Source of the DNA: Chlamydiota bacterium
Lineage (GTDB): Bacteria > Auribacterota > Tritonobacteria > UBA1439
Assembly (NCBI GenBank): GCA_037133055.1
Contig: JBAXOY010000003.1
Span: forward strand, 1-57,391
DNA: 57,391 bases
Direction of reading: 5' to 3'
The notes under the pieces are model-generated. The model had not been told where the DNA came from. It did not search any database and saw only the letters and a list, made by a program, of their open reading frames with translations. The position numbers and the translations under genes are program-made. Below are positions 27,213-34,899 of the stretch, one piece after another (the first letter of the stretch is position 1; each line of letters begins with the position of its first letter).

Positions 27213-27409
27213 CCCATTCCCCTGGAGGGCGACGGGCCCCGTCGCAGCAGGGCCCCCCGTCACCTCTTGATTTCAACCGCGAATGCACGCCAATAGACGC
27301 GGATAACTATTCCATCAATTCGCGTTCATTCGCGTCAATTAGCGGTTCCACTTTGTATCGCCGGCGGCAGGGGCCTGTCGCCCTCCAGATCCCGGTCAAT
27401 CCGTCGCCG
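27213..27409. repeat. copy B of ~190-bp tandem direct repeat
   Basis: Period 220 bp relative to copy A. It carries an extra CGCGTCAATT, an internal duplication of the neighbouring word. Confidence 0.9.
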
Positions 27410-27528
27410 CAGGGCGGCCTTCAGGCCGCCCATGCCCGTACCGGGTATTCGAGCCGTCCCGGGCCGTGCCGGTATTCCGCTTCCTCGCCGCCCCTTATTT
27501 CGCTATACTAGGGGAAAGGGGATACCCA

Positions 27529-28425
27529 ATGCATCAGCTCCAGCGGGACATCGCGAGACTTCTCGAAGTGCAGGAGAAGGAGCGCGAGCTCCTTAAATTG
27601 GAGGAGGAGAAAGCGGCGCTCCCGGAGGCGCTCGATGGGGCGAAGGCGGCCATAACGAGGGCGGAGGAAGAAGTCCATCGGCTGAAGGGGGAGCTCAAAG
27701 CCCTTCAGGTGAAAAAAAAGGACTTCGAGCTCGAGTCCTCGGAAAAACTCGAAGCGGTCGCGAAGTACCAGAAGCAGCAGTTCGATATAAAGACGAACGT
27801 CGAATACCAGGCGCTCCAGAAGGAGATCGTCAACCGCCAGGTGGAGAACTCGCGAATCGAGGACCGGATTCTTGAGGTGATGCTGGATATCGAGGAGCAC
27901 GAGAGCCGCATCCGTTCAGGCGAGGAACTGGTCAGGGCGAAAGGCGTCGAGCTCGCCGCGGAGGAGAAGAAGGTCGCGGAAGAGGGGGCGAGGGTCGCGG
28001 CGCGTATGGCGGTGGTCGGAGCGGAGCGCGACGCCCTCCTGCCGGCGATCGACGAGGCGATGCTCCGCAAGTACCAGCGGATATTCAAAAACAAGAAGGA
28101 CATGGCGATCGTGCCGCTCACGGACTACGTCTGCGGCGGGTGCCACATGCACCTTCCGCCCCAGATCACGCATCTTGTCCGCAAGGGGGACGAGCTGGTG
28201 ATCTGCGAGAGCTGCTCGCGGATCCTCTACTGGGCGGAGGGCCTGTTGGAGAAGGAGCCCGCCGCCGGGGTCATCGAGGAGAAGGAGCCGGCGGCCGAAG
28301 GCGTGGAGCGGCAAGTCTCGTCCGATGGCTCGCAGCAGGAGCCGGCGGCCGGGATTCCCGAGAAGGAACCTGTGTCGGAGGGATTGGAGCAGGAACCGGC
28401 GACGGGGAGCGCTGAACAGAAGTAG
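27529..28425 (+). CDS. coiled-coil C4 zinc-ribbon protein (COG1579/DUF164-like)
   Basis: 298 aa. A long heptad-rich N-terminus is followed by CGGCHMHLPPQ...VICESCSRILY. The tail has EKEPAAG-type repeats. ATG 27529 lies after GGGGAAAGGGGA. Confidence 0.8.
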   Translation: MHQLQRDIARLLEVQEKERELLKLEEEKAALPEALDGAKAAITRAEEEVHRLKGELKALQVKKKDFELESSEKLEAVAKYQKQQFDIKTNVEYQALQKEIVNRQVENSRIEDRILEVMLDIEEHESRIRSGEELVRAKGVELAAEEKKVAEEGARVAARMAVVGAERDALLPAIDEAMLRKYQRIFKNKKDMAIVPLTDYVCGGCHMHLPPQITHLVRKGDELVICESCSRILYWAEGLLEKEPAAGVIEEKEPAAEGVERQVSSDGSQQEPAAGIPEKEPVSEGLEQEPATGSAEQK

Positions 28426-28459
28426 ACCCGATTAACGAGAAACGAGACACGCGCAACGG

Positions 28460-28868
28460 AAGTTGGAGTCAGGGCGGGCCGGGCGGCCGCGTCAGTCAGC
28501 CCGAAAGGGATGCCTGATGAGGAAAGTCCGGACACCACAGGGCGGCGCACCTCGATAACGTCGAGGCGGCAGGGGACCCGCAAGGGCCTCCGGCAAGGAC
28601 AAGTGCCACAGAGACGAGTTCCGGCATTTTCACGGTTCGCCGTGAAAGTGACGGAGGTGAAACGAGGTAAACTCTGCGCGGTGCAAGGCCAAATAGGGGG
28701 CGAGGAGTGGCCCGCTCCGATCCCGCAAGGGGACAGCCCCGGGTAGGCCGCTTGAGCCGTGGAGCAATCCACGGCCCAGATGAATGGCCGCCGTCCGGCA
28801 CTTTCGCGGCGAAATCCGCGGAAGTGAAGGATACAGAATCCGGCTTATAGGTTCGCCCTGACTTTACT
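28460..28868 (+). ncRNA. rnpB: RNase P RNA, bacterial type A
   Basis: Universal GAGGAAAGTCCGG (P4 5' strand), GTGCCACAGAGA, GGTAAACTC..GCAAGGCCAAATAGGGG, CCCGGGTAGGCCGCTTGAGCC..CCCAGATGAATGGCCGCC and ACAGAATCCGGCTTATAGG. P1 pairs AGTCAGGGCG (28467-76) with CGCCCTGACT (28853-62). Ends are accurate to about 10 nt. Confidence 0.92.
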
Positions 28869-29017
28869 TCGTGGAGGGCAGCGGGCTATGACGAAAATGC
28901 GGAGGGGTACTTGTCGGCGGCTCCGGGTGCCTGACCGCAGTCAAGTCACTGCGGCCGAAGCGAGATGCGACGAATCGCTTGACGTTGGCATCTCGGAGGA
29001 CGCATCAAGGCCCGCAT

Positions 29018-29177
29018 GCAAAAATCAGGGTCAAACCTTTACTCTTTACTAAGTGGGCAAAAATCAGGGTCAAACCTTTACTCTTTACTAAGTGGCATAC
29101 AGATGCCTCAGTAAAGAGTAAAGGTTTGACCCCGTTGCCGGAAACCCCGTTGCCGGAAGGTTTGACCCCGTTGCCGG
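29018..29177. repeat. complex repeat block: 39-bp tandem x2, 20-bp-stem hairpin, CCCCGTTGCCGG x3
   Basis: The unit GCAAAAATCAGGGTCAAACCTTTACTCTTTACTAAGTGG occurs at 29018-56 and 29057-95. Stem 29068-87 pairs with 29112-31. CCCCGTTGCCGG occurs at 29130, 29145 and 29166. Confidence 0.9.
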
Positions 29178-29346
29178 TGCTGACGATCGAGGATAAGGGG
29201 AAGATTCTGAAAGGATACACGGATAGCAAAGGATAGCAAGGGGACTTGGGATAAAGGCGTAGTAGAATATATCGGGGGACTCGGGTGCCCCGGCAAACGG
29301 AGATTTGTGTAGAATGTCAGGTTTGCCCTGCATTTGAGGTACTGCT

Positions 29347-30810
29347 ATGAACGCCAAATCTCTTGTCATATTCGTTTTCGCGGCCTTCGCCCTGATTATA
29401 TTCCCGATCTCAATTCTCCTTCACACGCATCTTTACGCAGACGGGGCATACTTATTCGCGCGCATGTTGGAGTCGGGCACCTTCGACGCTGCTGCCCACT
29501 CACAGGCCCGCGTGGGGCATCACTTTGTCACGCAATTCCCTGTAATAGTGGCTAACAAGTGCGGCATGTCCAACCTTCGCCACCTGTCCTACATATACGG
29601 AATCGCCCAATATTATCTCCCGTGGTGCCTATACTTGCTGGCGTGTATGTTATTCCTTCGCGCAAACATGCTTTGCCATGCCGTTCTTCTAGCTCTGATG
29701 TACTGCATGCTGATGTGCTTTACATGTTGGTTCATCAACTCGGAGTCGCATCTTGCAGTATCCCTGTTTGCTGTCACCCTTGCCGTTATTTCCACTGGCG
29801 ATTTGAGACGGAGGGCGGATTTAACGATTCTAGCTCTGCTGTGGTTGTTGAGTTTATCCTGCTATGAGTTTTGGGCATTGTACTTCCTTGCATCCTTGGG
29901 CTTGCTCGTTCTGCAATACACGAGGAGACAAGTGACCCTCGCCGTGCTTACGGCTTTTGCCCTTCTCTATGTGATCGGAAGTGGCGTGAATACATATGCG
30001 ATCATGTTCACGCGGGATGTTGCCAATCGGGATAATATGTTCGGACGGCAGTTTTTTCAAGTTTGTCCGCAGATTCTAGCGGTTTCAATTCTCTTCTTGG
30101 TCTTCATTCTGGGCACCCTCGGATCAATGCTGCTCGAACATACTGGTTCTCAAGTGTCGTCAAGGCTGAAACGTTGCGTTGCGCTGGTTCTCCGGGGTGT
30201 CGATAGTAGCGCCTTCCTAGTACTCGTCGGATTGGCCTCCGTCGCGGGAGGCGAAGCGGTTACTTTCAACCGTTTTGCTCGGGCAAAGGACGCCTATATA
30301 TTACGGTCTCTAAATCTGTTTCTTCCTCTCATGTTTGCAATCTTCCTCGATAGCACCACTGGCCGACCGATAGATGATCGCGCTTGCTCATTCAAGCCGC
30401 CTAAGGCACTCCTCTCCGGACTTGTCGCCATTCTGTTTGTAACCGTCTGCGCATGGTATCATCATGCAGCAGAATTCCGTATTTTCAAAAGACAGGTGTT
30501 TGCCGCTACTCAACATAACGTGGGCTACGTTCCCCTTCACTCTGCTTTATCAGACCAACAGAACTATCAGAACTATGGTTGGCCCACGATGTATCCGACG
30601 CTCAGCCTGCTTCTTCAATCGATGCAAGGCACTTCTATCAGGTCTGTGATCTACAATCCGAACGCCACGTGGCAACCCTTTGGTCCGAGCGATACCGCGC
30701 ACGCACAGAGGTTTGCTGTAAGGTTGGGAGTCAGGATTGAAAATGGCGGACTACAGGCGGACAATCTGCCGGAGGATACAGCTCGCAAGCCCGCCGAACC
30801 TCAACGCTAA
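29347..30810 (+). CDS. polytopic membrane protein, possible GT-C-type glycosyltransferase (AT-richer cassette gene)
   Basis: 487 aa with at least 10 TM helices. The first loop is HTHLYADGAYLF, and there is a C-terminal soluble ~100 aa. Composition and codon usage are clearly AT-richer than the neighbours. Confidence 0.7.
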   Translation: MNAKSLVIFVFAAFALIIFPISILLHTHLYADGAYLFARMLESGTFDAAAHSQARVGHHFVTQFPVIVANKCGMSNLRHLSYIYGIAQYYLPWCLYLLACMLFLRANMLCHAVLLALMYCMLMCFTCWFINSESHLAVSLFAVTLAVISTGDLRRRADLTILALLWLLSLSCYEFWALYFLASLGLLVLQYTRRQVTLAVLTAFALLYVIGSGVNTYAIMFTRDVANRDNMFGRQFFQVCPQILAVSILFLVFILGTLGSMLLEHTGSQVSSRLKRCVALVLRGVDSSAFLVLVGLASVAGGEAVTFNRFARAKDAYILRSLNLFLPLMFAIFLDSTTGRPIDDRACSFKPPKALLSGLVAILFVTVCAWYHHAAEFRIFKRQVFAATQHNVGYVPLHSALSDQQNYQNYGWPTMYPTLSLLLQSMQGTSIRSVIYNPNATWQPFGPSDTAHAQRFAVRLGVRIENGGLQADNLPEDTARKPAEPQR

Positions 30811-30873
30811 CATTGTGCCCGAGACATGTCAGCGAAGATACACGAAGATACCGATTGGGAAAGTCAAGAATCA

Positions 30874-30933
30874 CAGGGTCAAACCTTTACTCTTTACTAA
30901 GTGGCATACAGATGCCTCAGACCCCGTTGCCGG
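30874..30933. repeat. right copy of the 47-bp direct repeat plus ACCCCGTTGCCGG
   Basis: 30874-30920 is identical to 29065-29111 (CAGGGTCAAACCTTTACTCTTTACTAAGTGGCATACAGATGCCTCAG). 30921-33 is identical to 29129-41. Confidence 0.92.
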
Positions 30934-31017
30934 CTCTTACGAAACAGGTGTGGATTCCCATGGGGCAAGCCTGGGACATAGCATCGTGTAGGGGGGACTC
31001 GCTATGACCCTGCTCTG

Positions 31018-31060
31018 GTGAGGTAGTACATACGGAGCAGGGTTTTTCTTGTGTTCGGAT
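31018..31060 (+). terminator. rho-independent terminator candidate
   Basis: CCCTGCTC (31018-25) pairs with GAGCAGGG (31045-52), followed by TTTTTCTT. The loop is long (19 nt). Confidence 0.35.
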
Positions 31061-31179
31061 ATCCCGCCCAAAATCCCCCCTCTTTTCCCTTGGGGTGCAC
31101 GCCCCGTTTCTGATAAAGTAATGGTCAGAGGAGGATTTTTTATCCTTCGGGGTCAGCGCGGCGGGATTGGAGGGATGGC

Positions 31180-31521
31180 ATGAAGATATTTGGGGGACAC
31201 TCGCTACAACGCTATTGCGGTATTGCGTTCCTCGTGCTGCTATGCGGTTGTTCCACCTTTACCTGGAGACACCGCGCTTCCCGCCATGCTACGTCCATCA
31301 CCGAAAGCCGGGCAATCTCCATCGCGAAACACGCGATAAGAAAAAGGAACCCGGAGGTACAGGAAATCCGATCGCGCGCGAGGTTCAAAGACAGCCAGTG
31401 GATTGTTTCGGCAAACTTCACCACGCTGGATGACTGGTTTGGCCTTTTTATTGAAGAGGGGCACTGTTCGGTTGTCGTGGACACATCAGGCAAGGTGCTC
31501 GCGTATCATTCGGGCGCGTAG
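31180..31521 (+). CDS. hypothetical lipoprotein
   Basis: 113 aa. MKIFGGHSLQRYCGIAFLVLLCGCSTF carries a lipobox. GGAGGGATGG lies upstream. AT-richer than the window average. Confidence 0.6.
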   Translation: MKIFGGHSLQRYCGIAFLVLLCGCSTFTWRHRASRHATSITESRAISIAKHAIRKRNPEVQEIRSRARFKDSQWIVSANFTTLDDWFGLFIEEGHCSVVVDTSGKVLAYHSGA

Positions 31522-31584
31522 CCCCGATGGGGCGCTCCATGGAATGGCGGCTGCAGGGATACTCAAATCGGGACTCCGCATCTC

Positions 31585-31621
31585 CTGTCTGTCGAAATGC
31601 GCTGTCGAAATGCGCTGTTGA
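31585..31621. repeat. 13-bp direct repeat CTGTCGAAATGCG x2 plus partial copies
   Basis: Full units at 31589-601 and 31602-614, flanked by CTGT and CTGTTGA partial units. Located about 170 nt upstream of the response-regulator ATG. Confidence 0.85.
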
Positions 31622-31788
31622 GAAGAGAGAAGATATATGGTAGCGTTTCAGCGTATGACGTCCGCGCCCGGAGAATGGAAGCGTTCGATGGACTGGACCT
31701 GGGTTTGGCGGCGATCAATAGGGGCATCTCCTGATCGGGTTGTGGGACACGGGGGGCCGGGCCAAGACGCGCAGCGGAGGGGAAGCAC

Positions 31789-32196
31789 ATGAATGCCAAA
31801 AAGATCCTGGTGGTCGACGATGAACAGGGCGTGCTGGATTATTTCAGCCGGCTTCTCAAAGGGCCGGAGTACGAGATGCACGGCACGCTCGGCGGTCAGG
31901 AGGCCCTCGACAAACTCGGGGGAAACGGATTCGACATGCTGATACTCGATTTGGTGATGCCCGGCATGAACGGCATGGAGGTGCTGAGAAAGATCAGGGA
32001 GACCCACAAGGACCTGATCGTGTTCGTCATTACCGGGTACCCGTCAGAGGAGACGATGCGGGAATCCCTCGATCTCGGGTGCGTAGACTACATCCACAAG
32101 CCGTTCGGTCACGAGGAGGTCAAGAATCTGATCAAGGACGCATTCGAGACCAAACGATACAAACTCCGGAACACCGGCGCCCCCGTGCGGGACTGA
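31789..32196 (+). CDS. single-domain response regulator (CheY-like receiver)
   Basis: KILVVDDE, phospho-acceptor context MLILDLVMPGMNG, VITGY and DYIHKPF are the canonical receiver residues. There is no output domain. Confidence 0.9.
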   Translation: MNAKKILVVDDEQGVLDYFSRLLKGPEYEMHGTLGGQEALDKLGGNGFDMLILDLVMPGMNGMEVLRKIRETHKDLIVFVITGYPSEETMRESLDLGCVDYIHKPFGHEEVKNLIKDAFETKRYKLRNTGAPVRD

Positions 32197-32502
32197 AAGC
32201 CCCCCGCGTACGCCTTTGAGACTTCCTCTTGGAATCCCCGCCCCGTGCGGTATCGTGTACCGCTGCAGCCGGCGCGTCGATCCGATCCCCGGCGGGGGCA
32301 CCCGTGAACACGCCTCCGCGATACGTGCTCCAGGCGATCGCCCCTCTTCCAAAATCCAAAACTATTCCTCGGCGCGGGTAAGGCCTCACTTACGGTGGGT
32401 ATTTTTCACCCCCCACCCCGACCCTCCCCCTCAAGGGGGGAGGGGGATAATGTGGGAGCTCCCCATGAGTGACCCAGTGCCGGCGCGGCGGCATTATTCC
32501 GC

Positions 32503-32531
32503 TTGATATTGCAGGGCAAAGTTCATACTAT
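32503..32531 (+). promoter_or_regulatory. sigma70-like promoter candidate TTGATA-N17-TACTAT
   Basis: -35 at 32503-08, -10 at 32526-31. It lies inside the longest speB ORF and so favours the GTG start at 32583. Confidence 0.45.
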
Positions 32532-32582
32532 TCTGACCGTTTTTGGATTCCAGCGGCCGGTCCTCGTCCACGGAGTCGCAAA

Positions 32583-33500
32583 GTGAACAGCATACCGCAT
32601 CGCACCCCGCGCAATTTCTGCGGGCTCGCCGAGGAGTTCTCCTCGTGGAATGCCGCGCGCGCGGTCATCATCCCCGTCCCCTACGACCTTACCTCCACCT
32701 ACGTCCCGGGTTCGCGGCGCGGCCCCGAGGCGATCATCAGCGCCTCGATGAACATGGAGCAGTTCGACGAAGAACTCCGCGTCGAAACGTTCCGCGTGGG
32801 GATCCACACCCAGGACCAGCTCGATCCCACGGCCGCGTCCCCCGAGGGGATGATCGCGGCGGTCGAGCGCGCGGTGGGCCAGGTCGCCGCCGCGGGCAAG
32901 CTCCCGGTGATGCTCGGGGGCGAACACTCCATAACGGTGGGGGCGCTCCGGGCGCTCCGGAGGCGGCACCGGAAGCTCTCCATCCTCCAGCTCGACGCGC
33001 ACGCCGACCTCAGGGATTCGTACCAGGGGACGCCCCTGAGCCACGCCTGCGCGGCGCGGCGCGCATCGGAGATGGGAAAGCTCGTCCAGGCGGGGATCAG
33101 GAGCCTGAGCGCCCCGGAGGAGCAGTTCCGGGCGGGCTCGAACGTCACGACGTTCTTTGCGGCGGATATCGCCGCGGGGCACGCGCGCCCGCAAGAGATC
33201 GCCGCGGAGCTCGGAGAAGAGCTCTACATCACCATCGATCTCGATGTGCTCGACCCCGCGTGCATGCCCGCGACGGGGACGCCCGAGCCGGGCGGGCTTA
33301 CCTGGTACCAGGTGCTCGGGATACTCAGGGCGGCGTGCGAGGGGCGGCGGGTTGTCGGCTTTGACGTGGTGGAGCTCTGCCCGATCGCGGGCAACGTGGC
33401 GCCGGATTTCCTGGCGGCCAAGCTCGTCTACCGTCTGCTGGGGTATATCTTCAGGGGCGAACTGGCGAAGAAGGGCGGGCTGAAAAAGAATGACACATGA
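32583..33500 (+). CDS. speB: agmatinase (arginase-fold ureohydrolase)
   Basis: GGEHSIT, LDAHADLRD and ITIDLDVLDP are the Mn-binding motifs, followed by GGLTW and DVVELCP. The start is GTG 32583 (GGAG 8 nt upstream); the track's longest ORF starts at 32469. Confidence 0.86.
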   Translation: MNSIPHRTPRNFCGLAEEFSSWNAARAVIIPVPYDLTSTYVPGSRRGPEAIISASMNMEQFDEELRVETFRVGIHTQDQLDPTAASPEGMIAAVERAVGQVAAAGKLPVMLGGEHSITVGALRALRRRHRKLSILQLDAHADLRDSYQGTPLSHACAARRASEMGKLVQAGIRSLSAPEEQFRAGSNVTTFFAADIAAGHARPQEIAAELGEELYITIDLDVLDPACMPATGTPEPGGLTWYQVLGILRAACEGRRVVGFDVVELCPIAGNVAPDFLAAKLVYRLLGYIFRGELAKKGGLKKNDT

Positions 33501-33620
33501 CAGAATTCAAATGACAATTGAGTCTCCAATGACAAAGCTCAAATGCCGGGACCTCCGGTAGTGAGGTTGTTCATTCGGCGTTGGTCATTCGTGTGTCATT
33601 TGCGCTTTGTCATTTGTCAT
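33489..33620. repeat. long imperfect inverted repeat built from AATGACA / TGTCATT words
   Basis: Left words are at 33489, 33497, 33510 and 33528. Right words (TGGTCATT, TGTCATT x2, TGTCAT) are at 33582, 33594, 33609 and 33615. The speB TGA stop (33498-500) lies inside a word. Confidence 0.85.
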
Positions 33621-33654
33621 CATCGGTAGCGGTTCCATACACGGAGGGATGACC

Positions 33655-34200
33655 ATGCTGCTGGTTCCGAAACGGGTCTTCTTCACCAACGGCGTCGGGA
33701 CGCACAAGAAAGAGCTGCGTTCGTTCGAGCTCGCGCTCCGCGACGCGGGGATCGAGCGGTGTAACCTTGTCACGGTCTCGAGCATACTGCCCCCCGACTG
33801 CAAGATCATCTCGCGGGCGAAGGGCCTCCTGGAGCTCGTCCCCGGCATGATCACCTTCACCGTCCTCGCGCGCTGCTCCTCAAACGAGCCCCACCGCCTC
33901 CTCGCGGCAAGCGTCGGCAGCGCGGTTCCCTCAAAGGGGTTCTACGGCTACCTCAGCGAGTACCACGCATTCGGGGAAAACGAGAAGCTCGCCGGGGACA
34001 ACGCCGAAGACATGGCCGCGGCGATGCTCGCGAGCACGCTCGGCATCGAGTTCGACGAGGACAAGAGCTGGGACGAGCAGAAGGCGGTGTACCACATCCA
34101 GAACAAGGTGGTGCGCGCGATGAACGTCACCCAGTCCGCGGTCGTCGCCCCGTCCGGGCACTACACCACCGTGGTCGCCGCGGCCGTGTTCCTGTTTTAA
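33655..34200 (+). CDS. pdaD: pyruvoyl-dependent arginine decarboxylase
   Basis: MLLVPKRVFFTNGVGTHKKELRSFELALRDAGIERCNLVTVSSILPP carries the PdaD Ser-Ser self-cleavage site. ATG 33655 is 6 nt after ACGGAGGG. Confidence 0.88.
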   Translation: MLLVPKRVFFTNGVGTHKKELRSFELALRDAGIERCNLVTVSSILPPDCKIISRAKGLLELVPGMITFTVLARCSSNEPHRLLAASVGSAVPSKGFYGYLSEYHAFGENEKLAGDNAEDMAAAMLASTLGIEFDEDKSWDEQKAVYHIQNKVVRAMNVTQSAVVAPSGHYTTVVAAAVFLF

Positions 34201-34264
34201 TCCTCCGCATCGCCGGCCCTCTCATCCGACGGTCCGCGAATCGGGGCGGACGAAGAAATGAGCC

Positions 34265-34330
34265 GGCGAAACGGCGAGTGGGCGGCTTTGACGCTTTGAT
34301 GTTGCGCCGGTTCGCCCTTTCGTTTTTCTG
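34265..34330 (+). terminator. rho-independent terminator candidate
   Basis: GGCGAAACGGCG (34265-76) pairs with CGCCGGTTCGCC (34305-16) with 1 mismatch, followed by CTTTCGTTTTTCTG. The loop is long. Confidence 0.4.
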
Positions 34331-34383
34331 CATGTCCCCACACTGACTCATGCGGGCGAGGGCCTTTTCGCGGAGTGAAAATC

Positions 34384-34806
34384 ATGTCGATGTTCCCCGT
34401 TTCCCCCGAGAAGGAGCGCGCGCTCCTCTCGCGCATGCGCCGCATGGGCATCCGCGAGGAGGACCTCGATGAGCGGTTCATCCGATCGTCGGGGCCCGGC
34501 GGACAGCACCTCAACAAGGCCTCGACCTGCGTCCACCTTTTTCACCGGCCGAGCGGACTCTCCGTGAAATGCCGGGAGGAGCGCTCCCGCGCCCTCAACC
34601 GGTATCTCGCGCGGCGGCGCCTCGCCGCGCGGATCGAGGAGATCCGCATGGGACGCGAGAGCGCCGCGGAGCAGGCGCGGGAAAAGATCCGGCGCCAGAA
34701 ACGCCGCCGCTCGCGCCGCGCGAAGGCGCGGATGCTCGACGCGAAGCGACTGCACGGGGAGAAGAAGGCGATGCGGGCGCCCCCAACGTTGGCCGATAGT
34801 CCATAG
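34384..34806 (+). CDS. GGQ-domain peptidyl-tRNA hydrolase (ArfB/RF-1-domain-like)
   Basis: SSGPGGQHLNKASTCVHL contains the GGQ motif, followed by a basic tail RRQKRRRSRRAKAR. ATG 34384 is 8 nt after GGAG; the track start is GTG 34375. Confidence 0.8.
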   Translation: MSMFPVSPEKERALLSRMRRMGIREEDLDERFIRSSGPGGQHLNKASTCVHLFHRPSGLSVKCREERSRALNRYLARRRLAARIEEIRMGRESAAEQAREKIRRQKRRRSRRAKARMLDAKRLHGEKKAMRAPPTLADSP

Positions 34807-34850
34807 TCCATGGTCCATAGCTGAGAAGCGGTGGGGGCTATGGACTATCG
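34794..34850. repeat. hairpin of TCCATAG/TCCATGG words at convergent gene ends
   Basis: CGATAGTCCATAG (34794-806, includes the TAG stop) pairs with CTATGGACTATCG (34838-50). The words TCCATGG and TCCATAG repeat in between. Confidence 0.8.
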
Positions 34851-34899
34851 ACAATGGACCGGTCGGTCACCGCGTCGAGTGCTGCGGGATCCATCAATG

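Noticed and set aside
26993-27409. Possible DGR template/variable repeat pair
   Set aside because: The differences between the copies are mixed transitions and transversions rather than adenine-specific. Neither copy lies in a CDS, and no reverse transcriptase is present in the window.
27209-27511. 100-aa ORF spanning repeat copy B
   Set aside because: The reading frame is not maintained in repeat copy A, the product is a Pro/Ser/Gly-rich low-complexity sequence, and it runs into the promoter/SD region of the 27529 gene. I treat the region as non-coding.
29018-29177. Possible CRISPR array or integron attC site
   Set aside because: There are only two contiguous 39-bp units with no unique spacers between them, and no cas genes. 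GGTTTGACC does not fit the GTTRRRY core-site consensus, and no integron integrase is nearby. The ORFs 28979..29236(+) and 29005..29229(-) are artefacts of translating the repeats.
32216-32506. 96-aa ORF in the 390-nt gap before speB, and the long speB start at 32469
   Set aside because: The ORF has implausible composition. A good TTGATA-17-TACTAT promoter lies at 32503-31, inside the long speB ORF, so the GTG at 32583 is the more likely start. The gap also holds a CCCTCCCCC/GGGGGGAGGG hairpin (about 32430-32455) whose function I cannot assign.
33607-33654. N-terminal extension of pdaD (MSFVIIGSGSIHGG...)
   Set aside because: It would translate the right arm of the TGTCATT repeat. The SD ACGGAGGG is positioned for the ATG at 33655, which gives the usual PdaD length and N-terminus.
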